From Azolla caroliniana (taxonomy: Eukaryota > Plantae > Polypodiophyta): 64,000 nucleotides of DNA. Below are positions 25,301-38,918 of this stretch, one piece after another. The notes under the pieces are model-generated. The model saw only the letters and a program-made list of their open reading frames with translations, did not search any database and had not been told where the DNA came from. Made by a program: the position numbers and the translations under genes. Position 1 is the stretch's first letter. Every line of letters starts with the position of its first letter. Where the stretch lies: contig JBHGNT010000012.1 in assembly GCA_043228905.1 (NCBI GenBank), positions 5,146,001-5,210,000 of the forward strand. The letters are read 5' to 3'.

Positions 25301-28182
25301 TCACCTCTTCTTTGATTTCGATTTTGGTATTATTACAGGGAGATATAAACCAAAAAATGGTTTATTTCACATGGTATCTCTCGGTGATTTTGGCTATGGC
25401 TGATATATATATACTATGCTTTGTATTTCCCTCAGAATTAGGCCACATAGCATTATTCAGGATATAATCTGTAGCTTATGTTGTTTCCTCAGAATTGTAT
25501 CATTTAGAGATTCAATGGCGTGACCTTCATTCCATGTGATGCGTCACTTGCAGTATTCAAAATAGTCAATGGGACCATGGGATTATATTTGAAAGAAAGA
25601 GAGCTTGAATAGGCTAAAGAAGAAGCCTGAGAAACTGGGCTTCCTAAGGTAAAATCCAAGATTAAGGATAATATGACATACCATAAGGATTTACCATGTA
25701 TAAGAAGTATCATACCCATGGGCCACATGCTGTTTCCATCATCGGAGACTGGTGCCTAAGATAAAGTTCAAGATTTCGGATGAGGTGACATATCATAAGA
25801 ATTTGCCAAGCATAAGAATATCATACCAATAGGCCATCTGTCGTTTTCATCAGAGTTATCTCCTAACGTTTTGCAATTTTTGTTTACTTTGACAATGAAC
25901 TTGATATATCTTTCTTATTTCCTTCAAACCATTTTGTACTCCAATCTTGGCCACTATCTGGTAATCAAGGGTGAAGTCTTTTTGCAAATTGCTCAGTCTT
26001 GGTAAAATCATCATCTCCCAAACCTCCATGAGTGTTGGCATGGCATATTTTACTCTTGCAAAGAACTTCCAAGCATCTGGAGGTAAAATAAATTCATACT
26101 ACACTTTGTTGGGAATATTCATTTTGTACATTTCTTCGAAGGCCATTATACCAAGCACCTATGTTGCCACGTAGAGCAATAAATAGTGCTAGTTTCTCTG
26201 TATTTTATCTTTATCCAAGTATGAGGCATTATATTTGAATGAGCAAATGGGCTCTCAGTAAACAGTTTGCTGGAAAAAACTGAACTGTCCTTTCGACAAG
26301 ATAGATCATCTAGTCCCATGGCAGTAGAACTCAAAAGTTCAAAGCAGCTGAAAGAAAAGTGGTTCATGGGACTATTTTTCTCATTGCACATAGCAGACCG
26401 TAGTGTCCCAGAACACTGTCCTAGTTCTAGTCTTGACAACTATCCTGGCACAGGATTCTAGCTTTGACAGCTGTTCCATTTGTCCTTGGACCCTAGAGGC
26501 TGCATTTTAGCCCTGTCATTTGTACTACTATTGCCAATTGAAGTAACTAAGTACTCAATATTTGCTGTAAGTACTCATATTATTTGTGATATTCCGAACA
26601 GTTTAAACCTGCATGACGACAAACAATAAATACACTAATTTACTTTGGCAATGACAACGATCTCGCAAACATCTACAATAAATAGATCTACTTTGAGTTT
26701 GATGTTGTTCATCTTATATTGCTAACTCTGGATTAGTTGATGCCTCCTTGAAAGCTTCCGATTGAGTGCAGTTCCTCTTTCTAGAATTTAACTATTACTT
26801 TGTTTTATGTAGTAGCTACTGATGCATTTTTTCAAGCTATTTACTTTTTCATTTTCTATTCATTTTTCACCCTCATTCACACTAAATTTGTAATCCAAGA
26901 ATATTCTAGTCATAAATTTGGTGAACTCATGTTTTTGGCTTGTACAGCCATGTATATGCATATATACATATCATCCCAATTTTTTTTTAAAGTTGGTTGG
27001 CTCAATGAATGTCACTTCAGAGTATTTTGTTTAGATAATCAAATAATACTAGATAGTATGTGTATTTTACTATGTATAGAATCTCTATAAATGCTAGTTA
27101 AGCTCTCTTTTTTTGCTTTTCTATCTCAAATTGAGTAAACATTCCACTATGCTTTAGAAATGCTATAACTATTGACGATTGTATCTTCAAAAACGGTCTC
27201 AACATGTTGCCACATTCTTATTTCTTTGGTTTCTATTTATGATGCTTACCGTGTTATCCTATTGTTGAATCTTACAAACAATAAGGCTTTTCAACTTGCA
27301 GCCAAGGGCTTTTCTAAATTTCCCTATGGGGGAACTTAAACTTGAGGAAGAACAGAGAGAATGGGGAACTGCTCTCTCTGTTAATGGTCTTATTGGTACC
27401 AAGCTACTCAATGGCTTAGTTTTGGCAGAGTATCGAGATGAAGAACTAAACTTGAAATATAAATACAAGGTATACTTTTTATATATAATTTGGTCACAGA
27501 ATCTTTTTTACACATCTTCTAATGGTCGTCTCACTGCCGAAGCTTTTATTCAGGATGAAGAACTGACCATTGCCCCATCAATATCGCTACCTTCTCAGTC
27601 ATTATCTCTTGCTTTCAAGCGCCAATTTGATCAAGCCAATAAATTGAGGTTGCTATTTACCTTTCCTTTCTATATTATATACTTTAAAATTGTATGCTTT
27701 TTAATGCCATTTTCTGGCCAATATGTGGCCTGAACTGTTTGAATGTATATCCTTTTTTAGTGCAACCATTTTGTCTGAGTGAGGACATATGTCTATTCTT
27801 CGTGGCATTGATTTATGGTTTTCCCTTTCTTCAAGCTACTTTTACAATTTTGATTCGACTGCATGGAATGCTGTCTACAAGCACCAAACAAATGAGAATT
27901 TCAAGTTCAAAGCTGGCTACGACTCAAATGTTAGAGTTGGTTGGGCAGGAGCATGGGTAGTTAATTACTTTCAAATTTAATGTAAAAGACTACAGTTTTA
28001 TAGATTTACTAGCAATACAACTTTCTGACTCACTTTTCTAACCTTTGCAGATTGGCAAAGAAGAGGCTGGTGCCAAGACAGCTCCAAGGAAGTGTAAGTT
28101 TCAGATCATGCTGCAGGTACCTCAGGATGATATCCAGTCGGCAGCTGTACTGTTCAAGGTGAAAAAACGTTGGGATATATGA
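22382..28182 (+). CDS. OEP37: Chloroplast outer envelope pore protein 37 (6 exons, 318 aa)
   Basis: GT-AG exons 22382-22732, 22895-22984, 27302-27469, 27554-27648, 27836-27956 and 28051-28182 join in frame (957 nt). Motifs LKVSSEYDSE, QQGEV, PRAFLNFPMGE, PSISLPS, YNFDS..W.AVYK, KAGYDSNVRVGW and MLQVPQDDI...VKKRWDI* match OEP37 as I recall it. Confidence 0.92.
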
Positions 28183-30299
28183 TCAAGATCAAGGCTTCCA
28201 TATGGCTCACAGATACAATGATGATGGGAAGTTCCAATGAATTTTATTTCCATGCTATCATGATTCTTTAGCAAGTTGCCTTCATATACCCTTTTATTAG
28301 TTGTTAAGAGTTTGTATAAGAGAAATCAGCTACGGCTTCTTGTAGAATTTTTATTCTGCCCAGTAAATTGGGTGAATATGTCCACTGTCCATCGATTATT
28401 TTTATACAAGAAAAGCTTTGTAGCCCCTATGTTTGTACATTTATTTTGGAGACTGGGAGATGTGCTCTAGATTGACTGTCTGGGGATGACTGATATAAGC
28501 GACATTGCATCTGTGGTTTGATATATGCAATAATTAATGAACGAAAGAAACCAGGTATAAATGCTGACTTCGGAAGTTGGGGCTGTATGAGAAATTGGTC
28601 CAGATAATTACTGTCCACAAGTAGATGGATTGTGTCGGGGCATGATGTGGTTAATTAGCTTGCATCCCTTATTTTGACTCGTGGTTTGGTTGCATTACAA
28701 GTAACAATCGGCAACGGTTTGGTTTGAACCAAACCAAACCGAGAAACCGTTGTTCCTCACCTTTTTACAAGTAGCATTTTTATTCTCTTTCTACTAGTTG
28801 TTTCTCACCTTTTTGGAATTTACTTATTAAATTCAAATGAGGCGTGTGTATCTCTTGTCAATATATACTTGAAGTTAATCAATGATTTTAGCAAGATGCT
28901 GTATGTTCCAATCTATCTCATGAATCGTCACAAGTTGCAAATCAGACCACAACACTTCTATTCTCTGCAAAACACCCATGAGTTTTTTTTTTTATTTCCT
29001 TGAATGCCCCTGAGTTTTTGTTATTTCTGCAAAAGACCCTGGGTCTACCTAAAAGTAAAGAACAAGGGGATGAATCAACCTGGTTAATGGTCAAAATAAC
29101 ACTTAATGGTCAGAACAAGGTATGCTTTGATGTGATCATCGCATAAATATGGTGGCGCTTTTGGGGGTTGACTAAGCATTAGAAAAATAATGAAAACACA
29201 TGAAGGAAAACTGTAGGTGAGTTGAGAGCATTTTTCCCCTCAAAAAATTTGCTATATTTGTATGCCCCTTTCAATTGAATGAAATTTTTTGTTGTATCCA
29301 AATCCATTTGTATAAAGTCAATATACTAAGTATTTAATGGATGAGTTGACATCGTGAAATGTTTTTATGATGATGAACTAATGTCAGTTTTAAGATCTTA
29401 GACGGTTCTCATTACAAGTTGCATCATGAATAGTTTTAATTGCCTTTATGACTTTTGTGTACATGAAAAAGAAACTTAATCAAATATTTTATGGGGGTTG
29501 CAATGAATTTGAGTGGTTGATAAGTTCCCGAATAAGAATTTGAAACATAGCGAATCTCTTTCTTAATTCTTAAATTTATTCTTCTATAGTAGTCTCCATT
29601 ATTTTCACCCTTATTTTTGAATGATTGCATTGTTAGGGTATTAGATTTGTTGTTGGGACAAAGGGTATTGGGATAAATCTTAGTATTAACTTATATTATT
29701 AGCAAAATACCTCCAATATGAATTGAAAAGGCTGTTAACACATAAAAAAAACAAGGTGTACATGGTAAATTTAAACGCATATTTTGGAGTCTTTGGTTGG
29801 GTGGAGGGTCATGTACGTAATAGTCATGGGATATGTAGGAAATATTGTAGAGAAACGACAAAAAGAAAGCTATATTAATGTCTTTGACGGGGATGAAATG
29901 GCCTAAATAACCAAACAAGAGAGTACACCTTACAATGTTTTCTTGTCTTTCAGAACAACAAACCAAACTTCATACAACTAAACATATGGTGTATATATAT
30001 ATATATATATATATAAGAACTTACAAGTTACGATGTTAGATTGAAACTTTTTATCTTTGAAAAATCTCTAATATGGACCTCGCCAAGGTGGTGAGATCTC
30101 TAAAGCAAGTAAAACATCTTCAATGCCGATTGATAATGTCATTCCCTTTTTATGACAAGGGTGGCAAGGCCATGGTCTAGATGGTCATGCCCTAATCTAT
30201 TGTAACCTTTTCTTAGTGTCTTGGTTGAGAATCCACTTCCATAATACTCTCTACACTTATAGCATGAGAACTAGTGATGTGGCTAAAGAAAATTGTGAT

Positions 30300-32260
30300 T
30301 GTTCTTTGTTGATGAGTCGTATTGTTGTTTGTCAACAATTTCTCTCTGTCTCTTGACTTTTAGAAAGAATAGTCTCAAACACTTTTGGACTTTGTATTCC
30401 ATGATGTTATGTAGCAGACCAATGACAAACTTCCAATTCCACCCTCAATGTACAATTGGCATGTCTATACATAGGTTTAAGTGCATAATTTCCTATGGCA
30501 AACTAACTTATTCGAAGGGGTCTTGAGCTCCCCTATGACACTACGTAGCACATGAAATAAATATGTATTTGTATACGAAAGCACGGTATTACGTCCATCT
30601 TACAACATGTGTCAAAAGAATGCTTTGTAATGAGCCATCTTTATACCACCAGATAATGTGGGGCTGATTCATACTCCTTCATTTTCCAATCTAACATTTA
30701 AGCTCGTATCACTCTATTGTTTTCTACCTCACTCATGTTAACCAATAACGTTAACCAAGACCTCCAACAAGCCAACAATACTCACTTTACCCATTATTAA
30801 ACTGGCTCATATAGGGCATAAATCCCCCATCACATATCTATTAGGACTCTTGAGGGCTTCTAGTTATTGTGCGATTGAAGCACATGGCATAATGTTGAAG
30901 GCATTTTGGAAACTCCATAAAGAAAGAATAGGTTCTCTTTTTATGGTTTCGTTATCATAGAGTAAATATGCGATCATGTGGGTGGTGCAAAGGGGGGTGG
31001 GGCTACTTAGAAATGTCAGGTAGTGCTAGGTTATGTCTCATTAAAGACCTTACATGCACTTTTACTTTCTTGTCCTAGGTATATCTTTGCAAAATTTAGC
31101 CAAACATGATCTCTTCTTATTCAGAGGGCATTGGGAGGTTGTTCTTGCTTGTTCAAGTTTTTTTGTTTAATGACATTCCTCATTATATCAACTATTTTGT
31201 GTATCTCTAGCACATGTGGCTGCATTGCCATCAATGGTGTGTTGAAAGGCGTTTGTAACAACATAATGCAAAGGCTTTGACAATCCTTGTGTGATTAATC
31301 TAAGTTCTTGGCATATAGATCCTTTTGGCATCGATATGCATGATATGCATGATTTTCTGCCAAGCCAATAGGTCAACTAGAGATAATGAAATGTGTTACC
31401 TCCAGTAGAAGGGATGAGGATTCCATCCAAGTAATAAATCATTCTTGCACCTCCCTCGTGCTTCCAACATGTCAAAGCATTTGATCTCGGCCATTGTGAA
31501 AAACTTCTGTGCTATTGGAGCTGGTGTGAGATCTTCATGCAAATATATTTTGTCACCTTCTCTCCCCAATCTACATGTCAAAGCAATTAGAATATATGAT
31601 CCCCTCATACATATGTCGAGATTTTAAGCATCTTCCTGTCAGTAGTCTTTTCCAACCCATCCAATATCTCATACATGCAATTCATGAACTTTCCTTTTGG
31701 CTTCTTTTTCTAATGTTGCATTCATCCTTCTACCTTATCTACAAGTATTGTAAGTTCCATCCATGCTGTAAGTTTCGGTTTGGTGGTGGTTCGATCCATG
31801 TTGCAATTTTCGTTTAGTGATGGAAGAAACTTCCTTTATACATGGTTGATTGTGAGTCTTCACACATTCGTGGCACCCATTTTGAAACCTAGAACTTATT
31901 TGTTTAAAAAGCTCAAAACCATTTGCATATGTTCTTTTTGGGGCTAAACAAAGGTTACATTCTATTGTAGGCGTTTCTTCCATTCCCATGTATCTTTTAT
32001 CAACAGTCTTGAATCAGTTCACCTTTGACGTTCCTCTGATGTATTTTACATTTCCTCAATGGAGAGTTTACAATTCATGTGTGCAACTTCCAGGTGTTCA
32101 TGACATCATTTCTTGAAATTAGTAAAGGGTTGAAATTCCTAGTGATGACTTCTTCGTCATTTCACCCCCATCCTTGCAAAACAATCCCCAACCAACGCTA
32201 TCTGCCGTGTGTTGAGTGCAATAGAACACAAGTTTGTGCGATATTTAACTCGCCACTTAG
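30300..32260 (-). mobile_element. Possible highly decayed non-LTR retrotransposon remnant
   Basis: Only a KIYLHEDLTP motif (31396-31608 ORF) resembling LINE ORF1 C-termini, plus A-rich - strand composition. Boundaries are approximate. Confidence 0.3.
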
Positions 32261-32363
32261 TTTTTCTAGCTTTGGATAAGTAACTATACATTAGACGGAC
32301 GTTTATTACATGACCCCCAAATGAATGAGAAATTCCACGGAGAAGATGGATTAATTTGCATTT

Positions 32364-34808
32364 CTATTTTGCTTGCCACATTTCTCCTTCGCTAACGCTA
32401 AACTGAACTGCCTCTCCATGCATGCCAGCAGCGTCATATATATTTCTCATGCAGACATATGAAGCAGCACGCTGTCCATCCAGCTGCACCAATTTCTCAA
32501 AGGCCCATATCCCAAATTCCACATTTACCCATTTGCAGCAAGCACCTAAAAGTGCAGCAAATACAGGAAGATAATCCATACTTGGCAACTTATCCAGGAC
32601 ACTTCTAACTTTATCAAAGCGCCCTGCACGACCGAACAGATCAACCATGCAAGAAACATGTTCTAATTCAGGACTAAAATGATAGACATCACACATATTA
32701 TCAAAAATCACTTGCGCCTCCTCCACAAGACCTGCATGACTGCAGGCACTCAGTAAGATAAGGAAGCTTATTAAATCAGGAAAAATCCCATCTGCCCTCA
32801 TTTTATTGAATAATTTGAAAACCTGCTTTGCCTGCCCCATCTGAGATTGCCCACAAATCAGTGCATTCCAAGCAACAACACCCTGAGTTGGAAGATCTTC
32901 AAATACTTCCTGGGCTTTTTGAAGCGAGCCACATTTTGCATACATATCTACCAATGCATTGCCCAACACAATATCATTTTCCAATAACCCCTGCTGCTTG
33001 ACATTTTCATGTATTGTTTCTCCTATTTCAAGGCATCCTATTATTCCACAAGCTTTCAGAACAGAAATAAAAGTCACAAAATTTGGGGAGACACCTTCAT
33101 CCTGCATTTTCCTGAAACATTCCAGAGCTGTATCACCATATCCATGTTGAACATACCCAGCAATCAGTGCACTCCAAACCACCACATTCCTCTCTGGAAA
33201 CTGTTCAAATGCTTCTTGTGCTTTTACCAGCACTCCACACTTGGCATACATGTCCAGTAATGCTGTGGCCAGCACAATATCTTTCTCCAATAAGCCCTGA
33301 TCTTTTATCTGTGCATGTATCCCATAACCTATCTCAAGAGATCCTATGCTTCCACAAGCTTTTAGAATGGATGCGAAACTAACACCATCTGGGGAGATAC
33401 CCTCATCTTGCATTCGCCTGAAGCAACCCAAAGCTGCCTCGCCATGTCCATGTTGGACATAACCTGCTGTGAGCGCATTCCACGACACAATACTCTGCTC
33501 TCGAAGCCCTATAAATACTTCACGTGCTTTTTCTAATGCACCACACTTGGAATACATATCCACTAATGCAGTGCCTAGCACAATGTCTTTTTCCAGCCAT
33601 CCGTTCTCTTTGAGCTTCGCATGTATCACTTCTCCCATCTCAAGGCACCCTGTGCTGCCACAAGCTTTCATAGCACAGATAAAAGAGACAACATCTAGAG
33701 AGATGCCTTCATCCCGCATTCGTCTGAAACACTGCAGGGCTGCATCACCATCTCCATGTTGAGTATACCCTGAAATAAGTGTATTCCAGGATACTACGTC
33801 ACGCCTTGGAAGTTCTTCAAATACTTCCTGTGCCTTTTCCAGCACACCACACTTGGCATACATGTCCACTAATGTATTGCCTAACAAAATGTCCTTTTCC
33901 AACAAACCCTTCACCTTCACCTCTGCATGTATCTCTTTTCCTAATTCAACACATCTTACACTTCCACAAGCTTTCAAAATGCATGTAAATGTGACCGCAT
34001 TTGGTGAGACACCATCATCTTTCATTCTTTTGAAGCATTCAAGGGCCGTATGACCATGTCCATGCTGGACATACCCTGCTATCAATGCACTCCAAGAGAC
34101 AACATTTCTGACTGGAAGCCCTTCAAACACTTGCTGTGCTTTTTCCAGCACTCCACACTTGGCATACATGTTCAATAGAGTCGTTGCCAGCATAGGTTCT
34201 TTTTCAAGCAAGCCATTCTCCTTGACCTCTTTGTGGATACCTTCCCCTATCTCAAGAGACCGGATGCTTCCGCATGCCTTCAGAATGCAAATGAACGTGA
34301 CAGCACTGGGGGTAACACCTTCCAGACACATCTGTCTAAAGCATGAAAGGGCCTCATCATGATGGCCATGCTGCACATATCCCGAGATGAGCGCATTCCA
34401 AGACACGACATTCCGTTTCGGAAGCTGTTCGAGGATAGACTTAGCTTCCTCAAACGCACCACACTTAGCAAGCATGCTGAGAAGGGCAGTGGCCGTGTAG
34501 ATGTCACGGGTGGTCTCCCTGAGCTCAGAATAAAGCAGCCTGGCCTTGTCCGCGTCCTGCAGCTTCCCATGGGATTTCATCAACCGAACGAGGAGGTTCC
34601 GATCGATCGTTGCCTTCTGTCTCTGTGCTCCTTTCGACTGATCGCTGGTGCCTGTATGCATTGGGGGGGGCGGGGTGGATCGGAGGCGCTTCGACTTATG
34701 GTTGGGGGGTGGCTTCCAATCTCTCCTGTCGATCATCCGCCGTGGAGGAGGAGGAGGAGGAGGAAGGGCTCCTCCTGATTGGCAAGAGCGAGCAATCAAG
34801 GGGTCCAT
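32364..34808 (-). CDS. PLS-class pentatricopeptide repeat protein with E domain and no DYW (814 aa, intronless), likely organellar RNA-editing specificity factor
   Basis: Five ~102-aa P-L-S triplets (VVSWNALISGY / TF..ILKACG / LVDMYAKCG), then P2-L2-S2 (LLSACSHAGLVEEA, EHVSCMVDLFGRAG) and E motifs (ALLGAC, SYV...NIY). Confidence 0.95.
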   Translation of the reverse strand: MDPLIARSCQSGGALPPPPPPPRRMIDRRDWKPPPNHKSKRLRSTPPPPMHTGTSDQSKGAQRQKATIDRNLLVRLMKSHGKLQDADKARLLYSELRETTRDIYTATALLSMLAKCGAFEEAKSILEQLPKRNVVSWNALISGYVQHGHHDEALSCFRQMCLEGVTPSAVTFICILKACGSIRSLEIGEGIHKEVKENGLLEKEPMLATTLLNMYAKCGVLEKAQQVFEGLPVRNVVSWSALIAGYVQHGHGHTALECFKRMKDDGVSPNAVTFTCILKACGSVRCVELGKEIHAEVKVKGLLEKDILLGNTLVDMYAKCGVLEKAQEVFEELPRRDVVSWNTLISGYTQHGDGDAALQCFRRMRDEGISLDVVSFICAMKACGSTGCLEMGEVIHAKLKENGWLEKDIVLGTALVDMYSKCGALEKAREVFIGLREQSIVSWNALTAGYVQHGHGEAALGCFRRMQDEGISPDGVSFASILKACGSIGSLEIGYGIHAQIKDQGLLEKDIVLATALLDMYAKCGVLVKAQEAFEQFPERNVVVWSALIAGYVQHGYGDTALECFRKMQDEGVSPNFVTFISVLKACGIIGCLEIGETIHENVKQQGLLENDIVLGNALVDMYAKCGSLQKAQEVFEDLPTQGVVAWNALICGQSQMGQAKQVFKLFNKMRADGIFPDLISFLILLSACSHAGLVEEAQVIFDNMCDVYHFSPELEHVSCMVDLFGRAGRFDKVRSVLDKLPSMDYLPVFAALLGACCKWVNVEFGIWAFEKLVQLDGQRAASYVCMRNIYDAAGMHGEAVQFSVSEGEMWQAK

Positions 34809-34814
34809 GGCAGC

Positions 34815-34881
34815 CCTCTGTCTCTGTCTCTGTCTCTGTCTCTGCCTCTGCCTCTGCCTCTGCCTCTGCCTCTGTCTCTGT
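34815..34881. repeat. (CTCTGT)n/(CTCTGC)n hexamer microsatellite in PPR 5' region
   Basis: Seen directly. Confidence 0.9.
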
Positions 34882-34964
34882 CAGGGCATGAAGGAGTGGG
34901 AGAGTTCCAGAGGTAATCATCACCACCATCATCATCATCAATACATATGTGAAGAAAGGAATTA

Positions 34965-35145
34965 TTAGCAAGCATTTTATGGATAGGTGGACAAACAGGA
35001 GCTTTTTTAACAAGCATTTTTTGGATAGGTGGACAAATTGGGGCCTTTATGGACAAGCGTTTTTATGGATAAGTTCTCAAACATGGGCTTCTTTTTAACA
35101 AGCATTTTTATGGATAGGTGGACAAATAGGGGCTTTTAACAAGCA
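34965..35145. repeat. ~43-bp tandem repeat (AAGCATTTTTATGGATAGGTGGACAAA..GGGCTTTT), about 4.5 copies, upstream of PPR
   Basis: Units start at ~34969, 35011, 35054 and 35099, with a partial unit at 35140. Confidence 0.85.
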
Positions 35146-38100
35146 ATTGACAAAGTCGTCATGTGAAGAAAGAAATTAACATTTCGGTGCCCCCCCGGAC
35201 ACCTCTGGTAATCCTTTCCGATCGTCGAAACCCATCCTCGGAAACTACAAGAAGCAAGCACTTTGCAAAGTGGGTCTCTGCATTCATGTACATACATATG
35301 CCAGAATTAATATCTCCAGAAACCATGTTTTAATCATGGGAAGAATGTATGGAACACTCATTTAACAACGGAAAATCCATTGGTAATCTCAACCTCACAT
35401 CCCTGCCCAATCATTTTGTCTTTCTCATATGAATTCATTGATCATTAGTTTGAGGATTCTGCTGGGAGGTATTAGGTTTGCAAACTCACGTGCTTTTCAC
35501 ACCTGAAAGGATTATTGTGAAGGAGTGCTTCGAGCTACTTGTAATTGGTGAGAGCAAGTTGCCAATCAAACACAAGCATATGGCTTAATGCTTACATTCA
35601 ACCCATAACCAAAGCTGAACAAGTGGAAGTTGTGTCAACATGTTGCTACTTGCATCACTTATTAGTTATTGACAAAATTAATCCCTTCCATGAACACTCG
35701 CTCACATAAGATAAGGGAAACGCAAGCAAGCATCATACCTCATTTTATTTGAGATTGTAGAGTTACGACTTGTAGCATGCATGGTAACCATCTGGTACAT
35801 ACTCCATGTTAATCTTACATTAATCTACCTCTTCACCTGTTACTATAGACAACAATAGCTAACAATCTCTAACAAGCAAGTGAAAAAGTAATAATCAAGT
35901 GGTACTTGAGAAGTGAAATTGGTTTGAGAAATTGAGTGATGAGCAATAAAAATGTTCTCAACCTTAGACGCTAGTGGTCTTTTAAGTGTATGACCTTACG
36001 AATAGTTGGAGTGTAAGAGAATGTATGTATATGGCATATGCCCCACGGATTTATTGCTATGTCAAAGGGGTGTTTTCCTCATGATTTACGTTGGATCATG
36101 TTGTGTTTGCTCTCTCACACTCTTGCGACACAACAAGGAGCATGTATATTGCTATTTAGTTCTAGTCAACTAGTTTAATGCAATATTAATGATCATGACA
36201 TTGTTTATTCTTATGCTTAAAAATACTAATGCAATACCTTTTACGGAGAGAGAGGGATTGACAAAAGTTCACACTCTTCATGCTATTGAATACGACTTTA
36301 ACCATCGTTTTTGTAAATCCCCAATCATTTTATTCTAGCAACCACCACTTAACTGTTCACGTGACCTTTTCTCATCATGCTCCGAAAGCTCAAATTTTGG
36401 TAATATCTTACATACCACGTTTCAAACATAGTAAATGTTATTACATATAATATCTGCATTTTTTATGAAGCTCAATAGCAAAGTTCACGATATGATGCAA
36501 AGGAAGAACATGGTGCACAAAAGATCACCTTTTCGGGGCAACCTTTTATCCCTCTCTTATTTATGTAGGTTATAGAGTTTGAACTTTTGCCTCTATGAAT
36601 AGTTCACAATGTTGTAGAACTCTACACTTATGAAGGGGCCGAAAGGACTCAACATGATAATACATTCTCACATATTGCTTCAATTTACAAATCCTATGTT
36701 AATATGCTCAAGAGGGCAAGTTCATTAAGTTGTTGGCACATGAAAGTTGCAACAAATATGGAAATCTAATATCTACTATGTCACTCTAAGCTCTTTCTGT
36801 AACATTTTGGCCATCCATTCAACAACTACATTTTATTGGGAGATCTTTTTAACCCATGAAATATCAAGTGATTCCTTCATTATTACATAATTTTAGAAGG
36901 GCCTTTCTTTGTATTCAATGTCATCGTCATATCTAATGTACTTCAACATCTTGTTAGTATAAGCATACTTTGAGAACACTTTCCCTAGGTGAGAAGATGT
37001 GCGGAAGCTATCCCTTTTCACTTTCACATAACGCAAAATTTGCTTTGACTACAGTTTGCATTTGTTTATATGCCTTTTGGTAGGTTTTCTTGTGGAGCTT
37101 GTTCAATCCACCCTCACTAAGATGGCTTTAACCGCATATGCCATAATTTGGTAGTATGGATGTCGCATTCATTGACACCTTTTTACTGAATTCGCGAAAA
37201 AACTAAACACCTCCCAACAACTTGTAAAGGTTTCTGAGTTCTTTTTTTTTCATCATAACAAGGGTTCCTTCGGAAACTTTTAGCAATATGTCATTAGCTG
37301 AGAAACCATAGCCACAAACTTACATTCCCAAGGAGAGCAAATTTGCTGTTTTCTTTTAAACTCAAGCATGCATCCAAAAATTCCCCCAATGTTTTGACAA
37401 TTCCATGATGCATTTTGGCCTTTGCTACATTGATGCTATTCTGGTTTCGATTTGCTAACTTTAGTGACAAACATTTGCCTAACATGTAATGGGTTCCCAA
37501 ATTTACCTAAGAAAAATACATTTGGCTTATTCGAAGCTACATCAAGAGCACCAACAAACACTAATTTCCAGCGGCATAATCCGCCAACAAGAGGTTTGCT
37601 CAATCTCCAAGCATTGTGTTCAATGCCATGAGGTACAGGCTATGAAGTCTGGAGTTAACAACACTCTTTGAATATGTAAGAAACTCTTGAGGGAACATAG
37701 ACCCTTATGCCTACAAACCATAGCTTCAATACTTTTCAACATTAGGAATGGAATTAAAACATCTTTTGATCTGCACTTGTCATTTCATGTCCCAAAATCA
37801 ACATAATGTATGCAAAAACACAAGAGAAGAGAGGAATGGAATTAAAATGTGATAATTTCTTGATTTCTATGTAGTGCTGGGGCCTAGGAGCCAAGCTAAT
37901 CTTTTCTATATTTTTCCAAATTTATCACAAACCTCCAAAGGGACAGAGACTGTTGGAGAGACTGTCGGTGAGGTAAGGTTGTACATCATAGCCTTTGAGA
38001 AGGATATAAACGTATGTGTTTGGATGGATTGTTCAATTGGTCAAGAGTAAATTTCCTGGATACAAAGCTCTGGTGGTCAGTAACCCGAGCAATCTGCGGA

Positions 38101-38918
38101 GGATTCCTATGGCGCAGATCGTTGGTTAGTCATACAAGCAAGCTAGGAAGAAGATGATCCCGGTACACACATATAGAACATTCAGGTGGTTAGTCACAAA
38201 AACAGGGAGGATCGACCATACATACATATGTAGCATATGTTTATATCCCAAAGCTAAATACTACATTTTACATGGATATATCATATATCATATATCATAT
38301 ATATATACATATACATTGTAAGCATCTAGGCAAAAAAACCCACATGTTTTAACCATTCCAAAAGTAGGTTAAGCAACCAAAGCTTTTACACAAAATGTAC
38401 CGCTTGGCTACAATGAATTTCTGTGTTACAACAGATAGATAGATAGATAGATAGATGGTTGCGAAATCCTGGCAGCCTGAACTTCGATTAAGAAAAAAAC
38501 AGTATCTGCCGCCTTTTATTTCGGCAATGCTTCCTCGGACAAAACTAATAATGAAGAAATAAATATATATGTATGTATAGATAGATATACATAGATACAT
38601 ACATACACAAACTTTGCCAACAATACCTAGAAATGTAGTAAATTGGATCTTATTACAACGGTTTGAGGGCCTTCGATAGATATATGCATATCATGACAAT
38701 GATCACAAATGTACTGATTCATCTCCATCATATGTATGTTTTTCTTTGTCTTGACATAATAGTTATAAAAAATCTTAGTTCTTTGGTTCCACAATAGGTA
38801 CCTAAAAACAAGACACATAAAAGAGGGATTAAGATATGCAGAAGAAGAAGAAGAAGAGTTAAAACAGACAAATTTATGCATATATACTTACAACAAATCA
38901 CATATATAGCTTGCTTTG

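Noticed and set aside
24300-26600. Possible nested gene or old element in OEP37 intron 2, including a diverged ~113-bp duplication at 25674-25855
   Set aside because: No recognisable domain or termini, so it cannot be classified by eye.
35900-37750. Possible ancient LINE RT remnant between PPR and FLA
   Set aside because: No convincing motif could be translated.
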